A stretch of DNA of 63,519 nucleotides, counting the filler, from Choristocarpus tenellus KU-1152 (lineage: Eukaryota; Protista; Phaeophyceae), in assembly GCA_964200185.2 (NCBI GenBank). It is 11 parts of 11 records of this genome, joined end to end, with 100 filler letters (N's around TTAATTAATTAA, not from the genome) between each part and the next. Parts side by side here need not be neighbours in the genome. Positions count along the whole stretch, not along the records: positions 48,492 to 60,066 come from CAXNAD020002237.1; positions 60,167 to 63,519 come from CAXNAD020020594.1; 9 more parts are not named here. One strand, 5' to 3'. This document shows, in pieces, positions 52,101 through 63,519 of this stretch. The notes under the pieces are model-generated. The model saw nothing but the letters and a program-made list of their open reading frames with translations, was not told where the DNA came from and did not search any database. A program made the position numbers and the translations under genes. The stretch's first letter is position 1, and each line of letters opens with the position of its first letter.

Positions 52101-55100
52101 TGGGCTTTACTGCAACCCTAACCTGAATAAAGTGTACTTAACCCTGTCAACACAATTTTTTCTAAATTTTCTACCATTGCTGAAAAATTTGCCTATAGTT
52201 ACTACTAGCCATGAGTTTGTAGCTATAGAAAATTACTACCATCTGCCCCTCTTTCCGTTTGCCTGTAGTGCTATATTTTCACCATACCCCTTTCTCTGGA
52301 AATAATTTGATGGCTGGGTCGATTTTGACAAACCTATTTTGACAAACTCATTTTGACAAACCTACCTACCCGCCCCAACAACTTCACAAAATTATTTGGG
52401 GATGCTTATAAGCACATGCCTTAAAAACTTGACCAGAAAACTTGTAATGGCACTCTATCTCAGGCTAGAAAGGCTGCCCCTATGCAATTTATAGGCTACA
52501 CTGCCCTCTGTAGTAGAATGACTCAACCCCAGAGTGTTCTGGGTTAAGAGAACCACAATATATGAAAAAACGAGACATATGAGTATACACAGTTAAATAC
52601 ACCCTCAACCCTTCCATGTAGAAAAAAAAAAGAACTGTCACCATCTACAGCTTCTTTACCCTTCCTTTTCCATTTCACAGTGGTAGCGATGGGCGAATTG
52701 TGGGGTTAAAAAGGTTCTACTGACGCCAATACTCATGAAGAATCTAACAGTCACCATCTCAAGAACTCAGTTCTCCAGAGAAAAAGATACTTCAGTGAAT
52801 TGGAGATGACCCTAAGCCTAACTCTAACCGTATGATCTCTTGTAACCCTAACCCTCAAAAGTAAAGTGGTGGGGACATCCATACCAACAGTCTTTTGGGT
52901 GTGAAATATTGCATTTTGACAAATATCACAAAATGTTATGCTCTCAGAAAGATGCTTCTGACAGAATGTTCTACTAGCTGGAGCCTTCCCAAATTACACA
53001 CAAAAGTAGGAGTAAGGTGTTTTACAAAGCAAACAGGAATGATGCTGCAGACTTATCAAAATGCAACAATTCAATCCTCAGAACAACAAATGCAGTCATC
53101 GTGCCTTAAAAACTTGAGAATATCGATTATGTAGCGTAAATGAGTGAATAGTCTATATCAGTGATTGCATAGAGGAGTACGCCTTTTAGTTCACACAAAT
53201 GACTTGCCTTTTCGGAGTAGGATACTGTTGGCATGTGCTCTTTCTAGACATGTGATTGTTTGGACCTCCAAACCAAATTGACATGATGAATAGGTAGGAC
53301 CTTTGTCACATCATAAAATACAGAAAGGCAAGCTTTGCAACTTCTATAATTGTCCATGATAATACTTACACACACCTTTAAGGAGAACTTGCCTTGCTTT
53401 GCGCTGTGTGCCCACACACACACATGCAGTTGGGAAGTATTCCTTAGGGATATTTAGCTTGGGGTGCACTCAGTACCCTTGGCAACCAACATTGTTCACT
53501 ACCAGTCTGGTAATCTTTACCAACCTGTTGGCACTTGTTCTTCGTGGTGTAATGAACCACCCATCTCTCGCAACATGCCAGAAAGTGGGATTTGTGGGAA
53601 TCATCCCAAGGTAAAAATCCATTGTGATCTACTTCTTGCCACTCAAATTGGATAATATGAGGGTGCCATTCAAGAACAATATTGGCACATGGGGGCAAGC
53701 ACTTCCCTTCAGCACACCTTTCAACACAAAGGAAACATTGGCAGTGGGAGATACAAATCCACATTCTTATCAAGACAAAACTAGAGGGACCAAAGTATAT
53801 GTGTAGTCGGGACGCCATTTGTGTTACTGTGTTCATATCAATGCCTCAAATAAATGGTGAAAATGTTTCCCTTTCCCTCCTGGGTATCCCTTGCAATAGC
53901 ATACACACTCTAGTGTGCATGGTCCATGTGCACACGTGGCAATCAGTTCTGTACACATTGTAGAATTACATACACTCAGACGAACATGTTTTGACAGTCC
54001 TGTCAAGCAAATATTTCTAATACTCTAGTACTTCATGTCTGACTAGCAGGAACAATAACACACTACTACAGGACACAATGCTGTAATTAGGAAACAGAGG
54101 GAGGGGGGCTGTGCCATGGGGGAAAGAGGAGAGGAAGATTTGCCAGGTAGTGGCCACTGTCCTACAGCAGCCTCAAGAGGAAAATAACTGCTAGAGAAGT
54201 GTCTTGGTAAACCTGTGCAGGCTGTGCTGTGGGAAAAAGAGAACACCGGAACATCTACCACTAACCAGACGCACCCCTTGAGCAGTCCTAGGAGGAACAG
54301 GACAGGAGGCAACTGTGTGGGTTGGAAAGAATAATCAACCCTAAAGGAAGAGATGAGCAAGAAAAGCAACATGTACCTAGCAGTGGTCAGTGGTCAAGCC
54401 TCAGCCCTTCTTCAGCTGACACATGCAATGCTTGACCATGAGGTACTTCAAATATGGCGACTCTTTGATACCATTTGCAACACCATAATATGTTCGCATA
54501 AGGAGATGCTTTGAAGTACTCTACACACTAAATGTTGATACTAGTATGCATGAAGTAAAAATTATGTTCGTAGCAAGATAATTTGTATAGAACAGTAGAT
54601 TAGTGATGGATCGGGATATTGGAATATAGTGATGTTGAAGTAACATCCAAGGAAATGTTTTAGTTGGTTCCTACCCAATTTCGTGAAAGCATGATTGTGG
54701 AGAAAAGAAACTACCCCCCACCTTATGGATAGGACTCAATCTTCAGTGTAACTTAATAAAGCACATTCTAATATGTATTACTACGCCCTCTGGTATTTTG
54801 AGGACCTATCTTCCCGGTTAAGTGTACACTCTTTGGTATCTCATGCAAACACAAAATACTCCTCAGTATATGTTTAAGAAATTCAGAATTTTTTGGGAAT
54901 TTACAGTTTAGGAAATCAGCAATTGGCAGGTACAAACGACCTTGTCCATTATTGTTATTAGTATGCCCTCAGACAAACCATTTCACAGATATATCAGGGG
55001 AAAAACCAATGAAAACTATCACATTTCAGAATAACTCCTAAAAAAGTAACAGTTGTCACAAATGTTAAACACATCTGCAATATAAAATATAGAATAATGC

Positions 55101-58100
55101 ACACCCACTACAAGGGCTCTTTTGACTCATACTGAAAACCTCAACACCTTCGCAGTTGAAATTTTTGGGCACCTGGACCAGCTAGCAGAAAAATTTCTGG
55201 ATGAATTAGCTACACGCACATTAGGGGGGAGAGGCACAGGAAGCTACAGCAGGAAAGGGGCTGTCAAATCCCGTCTACACCAGAATATATGCGAGTAGCC
55301 CTATTTAGAAGTACCATGCATTATAAACTGGAGACACCATGGAGATGGGCAAGGAGATGCTTGTTAGATTCGTGGGATGCTTCCCTAGCTCCTCACCCTG
55401 GCTGCAGGACTAAGCTAGGTTAGAGGCATAGGAAGGCAGTGGTGTTGCATAGCTGGTTGTAATATAGTTACTAGATGAGAAAGTCTTACACATTTATAAC
55501 AAATGTTACTTTTTTTGGCGTTGTTGTGACATATGAAGAGTTTCATTGGTTTTTCCCCGACATATCTGCAAAGTGTCAGAAGGGTTTAAGAATAAAATAT
55601 CTTATATATATGTAAGAACACAATCTTGAGGTTTGCCGAATTAAACACGGCATGAACGTGTAGGAAGTTTCATTCATTGCTCCCTTCATACCTTGAAAGA
55701 GAAGCAAATTTTATCAGAATTTTGAATCATGTTTCGATTTTAGGAACATCCCTTAACCTACTGCACCACGAAAACACTGTCCGTACTCTCCTCCAAATAA
55801 ACAAATCAACACCTCATGAGAGGTTCTTCTATGTGTGTGAAAAATATCCAGAAAAAGGTAAAAAATAATGTTTTTGTGATAACAAATTTTCCCTTAATAA
55901 TATCCAGTCATCTTAATATTCGCGCGACTTTTTCAAATTTAAGATGGTTCAAGAAATGGGGTGTGGGTGAGACGCACGACAGGCTCGCGGTTACCCCGGC
56001 ATTGACGGTGGATCTAAACCAAGAAAACCAAGAGTGTGTTTTTTTTTCTAAATGGTAACCACCAATCACAACGGAGATTGATTCACTTAGCACTTTAGAA
56101 TGAGACCCTTTTCAACAATCAAAAAAACTTACTGTTAGAACTCTTGAAGAAGGAACATACGTATCAGATACCACACATTATATAGTAGTAGTAGATCGAA
56201 CAAGTCAAGAGAACAGATCATATAATGAAGGTTGTAGATAGGTACTGGTTCTTCGAAGCTACTTCCAAACCTATTTGAATCCTCCATGTACGCATAGAGG
56301 TCAGAGATGAGATCATCTGACACGACTTGAATTCCAGTTAACTCGGCAACCATGCCACTCTGGCACTATATGCCGTTTTGTTTTGCACTCTGCAGTTGAA
56401 GTGCCGTCATTCTTCTCCCTACCCAAGCCCTCCTTGACAAGAGGAATATCTAGCCTTCGATCATGTTCTGGAAGTGAATAGACAACGTCATCCTGTCATT
56501 GATTGTGTAGGTGGCAGCATGGGGCGAGGACTTCACTTCATCGAAGATTCAAACATGTCAAAACATTAGGTGACGAGAAGTGAGGAATCGACACCCTGAC
56601 AACGCAACCACAAAGACTGAGGTGGGGGGGTGTTCTCCTCTGTATGTTGTGATGAACTTATTTGTGAATCAGACGCCATTCGTCCGATGTTACTCTCACA
56701 GTGTTTGCGATCATTTCTATACAGCTTTGCGCTGACTCGGATAATGTTGTCAATTGTCATCGGCAGATCGAACAAACAAGTGCTTCTTCGAGGCCCAATG
56801 CTCCAATGGATCACGGTACGATGGATGCAGACATACTACGACTTCCCACACATGGCAGACAACAACCAGCCACTGCGCGCTTTCTACGATGAGGATGCGC
56901 AACTGCAGGAACATCACTGGAATAGAGCCAGCATGTTTGTCATCATGATGACCAACGTACTTCAGCTACTTGAATACTGACTGTCACTATGTAGTCCCGA
57001 TTATGGGTTACAGCACTACTCCCAGGTTAAGGATGGCTTTTAATGCTCACACAAAGACCTGTCACAAGGGGATAAGAGGCACAGTTACACTAGTTGGGAG
57101 GTACAATCCTTCGGCAGCACCAGGACGAAAGAAAGATGGGGATGGGGTGTGCCTGAGAAAAACCAGGGGGAACTGTGACAGAGGGAGGAGAGTAGAAGAT
57201 TCATCAGGTAGCAGTGACAAGCTCCAGCAGTCATCAACCACCGAGTTAAGGCAGCACCAAGGGGAAAGGGAAATGGATGGGATATGCCTGAGCAAAATCC
57301 GGGTGGACTGTATCAGAGGGAAGAGAGTAGAAGATTCGTCAGGTAGTAGCCACAGAGTTCCAGCAACACTCGGAGGTGGAAAAGTGAGGGATATGCCAGA
57401 GGGAGAAAAAGGACAAGCTCCAGCAGCCATCAACCACCGAGTTAGGTAGAACCAGAAGGATATAAGGTAAAAGGGACAGTTGTGTATGCTGATGATATTT
57501 ACAGATACCCATAGCTTAACGTCTGTAAGTATTGAATGTCTGACCGAGGCATATGACCACAACCCATACCTGCAGGGAACCCCTTTCGCACCCACTCTCC
57601 CCTCTCCAGTCCCAGTCCCTCCAAGCTCAGTCCATCCCCTTGAACAGCTGTTTTCTGAGGATCAAGCCAGGTTGTGAGAGGTTTCAAGAACAGAAAATCT
57701 GGATCTACCAAGGCAATGATGGTCTCCCTGGTTGTGACCTTCTGCAGCCAATTCCACATGGCTTTGGGCTTGTTCATGTATGATAGCTCCTCCATCGTGT
57801 GTTCCTTCAACTGTGAATGACAAAACAATATTGAATTTGAAAATAGGTAAAGTGCAGAATACTTTAATTAGAAAATAAACGATAGTCGAAGCTTATTCAT
57901 GTCAATATACGTAACTGTTAGTTCAACTGGGAAAATTGAAATTCCAAAAAATGTAGAGCTCCATTGCAAGAACGATATTTTCAATGTGACATAATATGTC
58001 CAGACAGTGAAAAATAAAAATAATTAGAGCAGTACATACTTGGCAAACTCTGCCAGAGATGTAAAGGGGGGGGAAATGGTACTTCAGGTAGGGTTAGAAT

Positions 58101-59982
58101 TCACAGTTACATCATTTTTTTCTGAGGTAGCATTTGCCTTTGCCTAATCAAATTATTGACTAGTTCACAAGTGGAGTTTACACTACAAGATTAAATGCCC
58201 CAAAATATGAGTAGGCATTTCGAAAATGTCAACAATGATAAGCTCTAGAGAGCAATAGTTGGGTCAAATGATTTACAGAGACACAATATGCTCAAATTGT
58301 AGTGCTTCCCCCCAGCCCACCAGCACAATACAGAGCGATGAGGATATCACCAACGCACCAAGTGCGTGAAAACCCCTTCAATTGATTTTGAGACTAGATA
58401 TGGACTGAAGATTATATATGGATACTAATACATGTCAAAATCCTTACCCCATATAAATTGAACAGATGAATTATTGGAAAGTTTGGAAGTTAATCAGGGA
58501 GAATTACCCACATGGGTCAGAATGAAATGAACCCTAGAGCTCCAGAATATATATAGGAGTGTAGCATGTACATTGTGAGCTAGAGTTGGGGTTAGGAAAG
58601 TGAGAAGGTAGGAGTAGCAGCAATTAATATTTATATTTTTTAATCGTGGGAGATAAGGTTAGGGTTACAGATGTCAATGAAGCAAAATAGAAAGGCGCTA
58701 CAGCTTGCATTACATTACTTCATCAAAAAATGATTCAATTTTGTAGGAAAGGAAAGGAAAATAGATAACAACCAACCACTATCCCCACCAAGCATAACAT
58801 GCAAGCTTCCCATTACAAAAATTAACCCTAACCCTCTAGAGTGTATTCATGTCTCAACGAATGGGGACAAGCGTACATAATGCCAGCTAGCTTCTCACCT
58901 CTACCCCTGGCATGACATAGGAAGGTGTGAAGTGCTGCCTGTGTAGTGGACTGTGTCGGCTCTTGATGTGCATGGATGTGACTTTTTCTTCTTCTTCCTT
59001 CGTGCAGCCACTAACCTACAAATTTGTTTCAACACATGAATGGAAAATATAAAAATAGGTTAGATCTTACTTGTTCAAGACTAGATTCAGGGGTAAACTT
59101 GAGGGCATGACTCCAGAAAGTATCACAACCAATGGACCAATGATATAGCCACAAATACAAGATAGGACAATGAGGGATTCCTCCTAGGAGCTGCCTGCCT
59201 CTTCACCAATAGTCGCAATCACAAACAAAATTGTACCCAGATCTTTCCTCACAACTTTCATTTCATCACTTCATGACTAACCCTAACCTTAAACCTGAGA
59301 GACATTTACATCGCTGAACAAAAATAGGTAGCTAGCTCAATTTGTCGTCCTGAAAAAGCATAAAAGGAGATGGCAAGCACAACCCTCACTACATCCACAT
59401 CCTCTGCAGGAGAGGCTCTTACAAGGAAGGAGACCAAAGGACACACGCATACATGTGATGGTTCCAGGTAAGGACGAAGGACATTTTTTTTTTAAGATAG
59501 GAATGGACACACTGTTCCCCTTCATTTTTACTCAGTACTACAGTGCATCGCCCAAAATGTTGATAGGAAGGATGAAATACATTACATCAGTTTCATTTCA
59601 AATTATTAACAAATTGTGTTTTTTTAACTTCAAGTAGGTAATCCCCAATCCTGGCCAAAAGCACAAAGGCCTTATCCCAATGATGTTGTGTACAATTCAA
59701 CAGATGTGGAATACATATTTTTTGTGTCTAACTGCTTTACTAACCGTATCACTAGCTACAACCCTAAATTTAGGGATACTATTTAGCAGTAAAGGCTACC
59801 AAGATTCTCTGCATGTACAACACTTCAACAGTAGAACAGTAGCACATGTTACCAGCTGTGTTATTGGTCCTTTGTGGCCGCTGAGGTGGGCTGAATGGAA
59901 TAGGACAACCGCCTGCCACATCTGGTATGAAGTGCAGTCTGTTGAGAAGACCACATGGATATCATCTTCCCCTTGTGGGTAC
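49146..59982 (-). CDS. Peptidyl-serine alpha-galactosyltransferase (GT96/SERGT1-like) or HPAT-like glycosyltransferase; partial. Exons 59982-59853, 59015-58899, 57810-57570, 50147-50056, 49238-49146
   Basis: IHVVFSTDCTSYQMWQAVVLFHSA..GPITQLVSGC, YMNKPKAMWNWL, IIALVDPDFLFLKP (DxD), PPYLAHQEDW..W. Motif order is as in the SERGT1/HPAT family. All junctions are GT-AG and in phase; one intron is 7.4 kb. Confidence 0.85.
49808..49883. repeat. ~40-bp tandem duplication
   Basis: tggcaatttattaatattttgttgataatatggaca occurs twice. Confidence 0.9.
51171..51298. repeat. 11-bp x3 followed by 33-bp x3 tandem repeats
   Basis: gatgaacaaca units, then aacaacagagtNNttcttttaggttgcctcata units. Confidence 0.9.
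51735..51937. repeat. 18-bp minisatellite AAAGTATRTATCKAGTCC x11
   Basis: Counted directly from the sequence. Confidence 0.95.
54947..55595. mobile_element. CRE-like fragments: 3' UTR (-) 54947-55080 and endonuclease end plus UTR (+) 55135-55595
   Basis: NLNTFAVEIFGHL.QLAEKFLDEL homology to 13880-14350. Confidence 0.8.
57130..57450. repeat. Degenerate ~130-bp direct repeats in the GT96-like intron
   Basis: agagtagaagattcRtcaggtag x2 and gacaagctccagcagYcatcaaccaccgagtta x2. Confidence 0.7.
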
Positions 59983-60939
59983 CTGTGACGGGATCAGGAG
60001 TTTGGGGTAGGGATGGGATTTGCAATAGGGTTAGGGAAAAATGATAGCATTACAAGCTTGGACTAGNNNNNNNNNNNNNNNNNNNNNNNNNNNNNNNNNN
60101 NNNNNNNNNNTTAATTAATTAANNNNNNNNNNNNNNNNNNNNNNNNNNNNNNNNNNNNNNNNNNNNGTCCCCCTTAGCCCCCAAAAATGCACGCGTTGTA
60201 GCGAACCAGTCCGCATAATTGTTGTCCGAGAGCAGGAGGAGTTTGGTGTTGGTCCCATCAGAAGCCATGAGTGGTGCTATGCCAATTCAAAACAAACCAG
60301 TTCGGCTGCGCCTTCACAGGCCAGAGTTTGGATTAAGCGCTTAAGCGTGTTGAGAAGCTTGGCGCACATGAGGCTCGTCGCTGGAAGCTAGCTGTTGAAT
60401 TACATGGTAAAGCACACACTGAATTATTAATTGCCTGTCAACCATCCATCATCACTGATGTGTGGATTAATGTTGACTTATTATATTTTATATACGTACG
60501 TACTCGGTATCATACCTAACCAAATATAAACTATGTTGTATACTTCTGTCAGCACAAACAACGTAAGGATAACACTAGGTTATTCGACAAACTCATCCGC
60601 GGAAACCCTTGCCAGCCAAGGTAGCAAGCCTCTCCACAAAGCATGGACTTCTTTCGTTGAGTATCTCATGAAAGAACACTGAATTCACATCACATCATTC
60701 TGGATTGAGCAACCAAGAGCACTGAATTCGCATCGCATCATTCTTGACTGAGATATCAATAACCTCGGTCACAACAGAATAAATACATCGGTGCTTTACA
60801 GCACAATCACACCTATCCATAATATAGACTACACATATCACTCATCAGTGCTTTGCAGCACGATTATTCCTCATCGCTCATAGTCTACGCATTTTGCTTA
60901 CATGTACGATGCATTCGATTCAGGTTTCAACAGAGTGCC

Positions 60940-62345
60940 ACTGGTAAGGGTGTAGTGAACTCATCACGAACATTTCCAATGTTTGATCCACAGACCACAG
61001 CAGTTCGCCTCCCCCAGAGCAAGGTTGTACAGTAAGAACTAGCATTCTACCGCACACAGAGCACTTCTCCATGGCACACTTCTCCCCTCCGTCTCCATGG
61101 CGTACAGTACTTAGTGCAGACACACCCTGGTAGTGGGGAAGGCCACTGAGGGACAAAATCTTATGATCACTGGGATTGCGATCAGGTTAATCATTGGACG
61201 AGCTGCAGCTGCTTGCCTTCCGCAAGCAGCGTTTTGATCTCTGTCCCGACTTCCTTCGGCTTCCCCACATTCTTCGTAACATGAGACATCCCGCACTCCC
61301 CCGCAATGCCACACAGCCCCTCGACGTTGATACTGACTTATCAATGATCAATTTCCAGGAAGTACAAAACGGAGCATGGCAATATCGATTGCACCAAGGC
61401 TTCCACTTCTACCCACCTTTCTTTACCCTCCATAGCTCCTTCCCCATGCTCTCCCCATCCTCACTCCCCCCCCCTAGTAATCAACGAAAATGCCAAGAGG
61501 ACCACCCTAAAGCGATTGCAAGAGATGTATTACCCAAATACAGTCCCAATCTGCACGGGCTGCGCAAACTCGCCTTGGTCCAGAGGCAAAGTATCTTAGG
61601 GGGTAGAGGCGAGCTCATTTTGGGGTCAAAATTCAATGTTGCGATTTTGATGTAATTTTGGCTATCGTGTTTGTTAGGAAGTGTCAATATGCATGTTTTG
61701 GACACACCTTTTCATAATGTATACATTTTACCTACTCCGAAACATTTTGGAGTAGGGAAATATCGTAAAAAAACCCATGGGAAGCCAAGCCCCAAATGGA
61801 CAAACAGGGCAAAACTCGTACACCCTCTAATATACTCTCACTCTCCAATACCCCAAATGTTTTGCATACACGCCCTAAGCCAGCAGCATGGCTAATGGAG
61901 CACCCAACACACGCTGGGTGTCAATGACGCTCGCCCCACGCCTACCTTCTCGAATGCGAATGTCTGTAGGCTCTACCATGACCTCGATCTGTGATAGTTG
62001 GGGAAAAGTAAGTTGGACTGGTCAATGGTACATGATTTTCCTCCTCGTGAACCCTGCCGTGACCACATCAAGTTCGCAGGTCACTTGTCAGCGGCTCTTG
62101 GGTTCATGGTATCCCCATCGACGTCTTTGTACCCCAAAAGTGGACTCTTCTTCGTCCGCCTCTCAAGGACAACCAATTGAGCCAACCATTCACGCCCCTC
62201 AGCGTCTATTGTGCCGGTTCCCGAGACAGTCCCTCTGACGCCATCTTCCTTGCTGCTGCCCTCTTCATCATGCAGATCATCTCTGGGATATTCGTCTTCC
62301 TCTTTCACGATATCAATCCCCTTCGAGCCATCTCCCCATCCTCGC
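60940..62345 (-). pseudogene. Degenerate, internally deleted piggyBac-like transposase
   Basis: Acidic N-terminus; ISCNRFRVVL; WKLIIDKSV (DESM-like); MSHVTKNVGKPKEVGTEIKTL; C-terminal CSVCG..SYC Cys-rich tail. Interrupted by MITE A. Confidence 0.65.
61583..61843 (+). mobile_element. MITE family A copy inserted in the piggyBac relic, TCCA target duplication
   Basis: TIRs present; flanks tcca/tcca. Confidence 0.9.
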
Positions 62346-63519
62346 CCCAGTTTTCCACTCCTGAACCTCTAACATTTGTTCCATTTAATCGTAGGGCTCT
62401 ATATAATTGACATTTTTTGTCTTTGCATGTTAGTTTTCCTAGCATAGAGACATGAGCCCTACCGCCAATTCTTCGTTAACCAGTCTCTGTGTATATTAAT
62501 TCAGGACAAAAGGCATGTGAATGTTTCAGTCCAAAGGCACGGGGCTAATCGTCAAGCCATCCCCATCTTGTGCATCATGATTGAGCCAAACACCACCACC
62601 CACAAAAGGTGTAAGGACTTGCCAGAGCTTGGTTTGCAACACAACCGTCAAAGATATTGATTCCATGTCCTTGTGAAGTGGAGGGTCACACCGTGCACAG
62701 TGAAGGACGTAATCCACTTCTGGCACTTGTTCCCTCCCCTCTTTGGGGGCTTGGTTAATACATGCTCCATGCGAGGTCTTCATCTTCAGGTCTTCGTGGT
62801 CTTGCATGAGGTGAGCTCTACTGAGCATGTCTCAATGGCGAACCCAATGCATACGTTAGACATGACGACGCTTGCTGCTTCAGCTAGTTTCGCAGAGGGG
62901 GAATTTCACAAAAAAGACGCTGCTCCAGCGAACTAACCCCCCCCCGACAGTTGTATGCCATGTCCGTATGGATTTACACCATCCTAGTACCTCCGTTCAA
63001 TTCCTTCAAAAACTCGTTCGTTCCTAAGTAAATATTGGTTACTTTGGTAACTAAAACGAGACTCATATTGAGCCATACGTCAATGGTAGAGTATTACGTA
63101 CTCGTGAATAAATGTTACAGGCGCCCCTCAATGTTCACCTCCACAGGATGTATGGTTCTAATCCACTCCAAGTATGCTGGAACTCTCACTTGGATTATAG
63201 TAAAAATCATGGTATGAAAAGGGACTGATCAACAATGTCGATCACAATCGGGGACCATAATGACCAAATAATAAATAAATAATCAAGTAGTACAAATATA
63301 TCAAATCTCGAACTTCAATATCATAATGGTGTTTATGAAACCACCATCAAGACATATCGCCTCTGACATGCCCCCCTAGCATGAAGCATAACTCCTTCAA
63401 TGCGATAAACAGGCGATTGGACAAGGAGATATAATGTTACTCCATATCCTATCATGAACGCAGCAGAAATGAAATGAATGTCACTTCCAGGTCCAAACAT
63501 AGCAGTAGGCAGCGTGGGG

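Noticed and set aside
53150-53950. Possible degraded CRE reverse-transcriptase C-terminus (LRCVP, FLPLKL)
   Set aside because: The motifs are too decayed to support without a profile search.
1-60066. Apparent sulfated-glycan gene cluster (sulfotransferase + GT31 + GT96-like + carrier)
   Set aside because: Each gene is on a different contig joined by artificial linkers, so there is no evidence of physical linkage.

Overview
Eukaryotic, intron-rich, transposon-rich draft genome sequence, not a prokaryotic locus. It consists of 11 short contigs joined by identical 100-bp artificial linkers (N44-TTAATTAATTAA-N44), so neighbourhood across linkers carries no biological meaning. Gene content, intron style and scattered TTAGGG hexamers suggest a photosynthetic stramenopile, most likely a brown alga (inference). 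Manual splicing with GT-AG and phase checks recovers partial genes: a CHST-type carbohydrate sulfotransferase (contig 1), a GT31 beta-1,3-glycosyltransferase (contig 3), the UHM/RRM3 exon of U2AF65 (contig 4), NOC1/MAK21/CEBPZ (contig 5), an orphan low-complexity gene (contig 6), an RVxF-motif ORF with an inverted paralogue (contig 7), a probably plastid-targeted SAM-carrier-like SLC25 protein (contig 9), and a GT96/HPAT-like glycosyltransferase (contig 10). The rest is mostly mobile DNA: two related MITE families with mixed 3/4-bp target duplications, CRE-like non-LTR fragments, plant-type mariner relics, a piggyBac relic, solo LTRs, a foldback element and minisatellites. I found no compelling new multi-gene system. 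The most notable signals are the MITE pair, the CpG-decay signature in repeats, and telomeric hexamers lying where intron branch points are expected.
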